From positions 16,457,651 to 16,521,650 of the forward strand of contig OZ316891.1 of the NCBI GenBank assembly GCA_973895155.1: 64,000 nt of DNA, given 5' to 3'. Positions 62,435-64,000 of the stretch are shown one piece after another. The notes under the pieces are model-generated. The model saw only the letters and a list, made by a program, of their open reading frames with translations, was not told the origin of the DNA and made no database searches. The position numbers and the translations under genes are program-made. How positions within the stretch are numbered: the stretch's first letter is position 1; every line of letters begins with the position of its first letter. Origin of the DNA: Marsupella aquatica. Its lineage: Eukaryota > Plantae > Marchantiophyta.

Positions 62435-63788
62435 TGTTGTCGAGCTCGAGCGGTCCTTGGCAAAGATGGCAACAAATAGTGCTCGTGGGCAAAAAAAATT
62501 GTCTGCAGAGTTGAAACAATTGTCTATGTCGTGAGTGAACATAGGACAGGATCCTATTGTGGGTGCAGGGCAAAAAAATCAAGCTTTTGGGGATCGTGTC
62601 GCTGGAAACTACAATCAACACAGGCCGAGAGCTACCCAAGAGAGAGGCTCAAGATCATTGGAGAGCAAATGGGGAGATTTGAAGCATGACAGTGCAAAGT
62701 TTTCGGGTTCGTATGCCAATGTAGAAGATCTTAGGATTTCTGGTTCCAATCAGGAAGATACTTTGCAGAAGGCAAAAGAGCATTATCAGGCACAACATCC
62801 GAAGCTCGGGGGGTTGACTATCAAAAATCTTAGGAATCACGTGCGATCCAAAATATGTATTTTTCATAGAAATTAGCTAAATTTTTAAAAAGCGTAGGAA
62901 GCAAAAGAAGGTATTATAGACCAATATTTATAGAATATTCTCTAATATATACCTTTTATAAAGTAAAATAGGTCATTAATATTGAAAATAGAGAATGTTT
63001 TTGGCATATTCCCATTATAAAATAGGTGTGTTTATATTAGGCTAGGATCGCACATGGTACCCCAAAATATACACTAAGTTAACCCCCCGAGATTCGAAGG
63101 GGAAGGATTTTGCTTTCATGGATTGCTGGTACTAGTTGAAAGATTGCCCACGTTTCTCCCATTCTATAGAAGACATGGAAGATAAATGAAAGGGCAAGAA
63201 GGCAAAAGGAAAGGGCTCCGATCCGCAGCAGATAAGGGGAAGGCATCGCCTACGGACAAGGAGAATGTACCCCCACCCCCTATTCGCCTACACAAATCAT
63301 AAACCCAAACTATTGTGATAATAGTGCTGCTGGGGAATTTAGCAGCGATGGACAACCCATGGGCAACAAGGCTGCCCAAAAGCTGAAGAGTGAGGAGTCT
63401 GCTTTTCAGATTGCAGCTTACACCCAAAGGGATATGGCAATGACCAATTCAAAATGTTTTCAGAACCTACTCCAGGATCATAGCATTCACAATTTGTTCT
63501 CCATGAGGGCAGCAGAAGTGGATGATGATTGCAAAGATTCTTTCAAGCAATGGAGAGCTTGGGAGCTTCAGAAATTTGATCAAGGTTGCATATGAAAAGG
63601 AGTCGGCAGATATTCAGGGCGCCACACATACTCCAGCCAGAGCTTCTCAAAGTGTACCAGTGCCTGTGGAGGTGCCAATTCCAGATGAGGTCCCCGGCCA
63701 AGAGCCAATTGGACCAGTGCATACACCTCCTGCAATGATTCCAGAAGACCTACATTTTGTGGGTGTTGATACAAGTTTTACTCTTTGA
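62435..63788 (+). pseudogene. PIF/Harbinger Myb/SANT-like (NAM-associated) ORF remnant
   Basis: NIGQDPIVGAGQKNQAF...RSLESKWGDLKHDSAKFSG...QHPK|GKDFAFMDCWY*LKDCPRF after removing the MITE; several stops. Confidence 0.75.
62805..63091. mobile_element. 287-bp MITE, 15-bp TIR, 8-bp TSD
   Basis: CTCGGGGGGTTGACT ... AGTTAACCCCCCGAG; flanks ATCCGAAG / ATTCGAAG; AT-rich interior; removal restores the reading frame. Confidence 0.88.
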
Positions 63789-64000
63789 TCCCAATAGACC
63801 ACATGTGTACGAAGACCTGGCGTAGTATGAATTGGGTTTTGCAATAGTGCAATTCGGGTTTTGCAATAGTGCTACTCTTTTGGAGTTTGTAAAAGAAAAT
63901 TTGTTTTCTTTTCGAGGCAGAGTTTCATCTTTTACTCCTACCGGAGATGTTTTGTACAGAGGATTCCTCTGGTATGTATTAATGAGAAGCATGTGTGTTC

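Overview
Eukaryotic, land-plant-type DNA (spliceosomal introns, plant TE families; a bryophyte such as a liverwort is my guess, not shown). Bases 1-53.1k are a deeply nested transposon pile. It contains: (i) seven full or partial copies of a giant ~4.7-kb TG...CA LTR that itself carries a ~1200-codon ORF, one of them attached to a PBS-gag-protease of a Tat/Athila-type Ty3/gypsy element; (ii) a decayed ~13-kb (net) Mutator-like DNA transposon with a GCM-like/DDE/SWIM transposase, a divergently transcribed multi-exon gene reading as ParB-like domain + degenerate N4/N6 DNA-methyltransferase fold + Ulp1 SUMO protease, and dozens of copies of one 23-bp palindrome (ATCTCGGAGAG[C/G]CTCTCCGAGAT) arrayed in its introns, intergenic and subterminal DNA; (iii) a tRNA-iMet-primed Ty3/gypsy split into two pieces; (iv) two L1 LINEs with TSDs, a CACTA end and small LTRs. 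Bases 55.4-60.7k hold an apparently intact host PX + Rubicon-homology gene. Bases 62.4-63.8k hold a Harbinger Myb-like pseudogene interrupted by a MITE. The best candidate for an undescribed system is the MULE-borne ParB/MTase-like/Ulp1 gene with its palindrome arrays, a possible VANC-like or parS-like self-recognition system. All domain calls are by eye from motifs; no searches were run.
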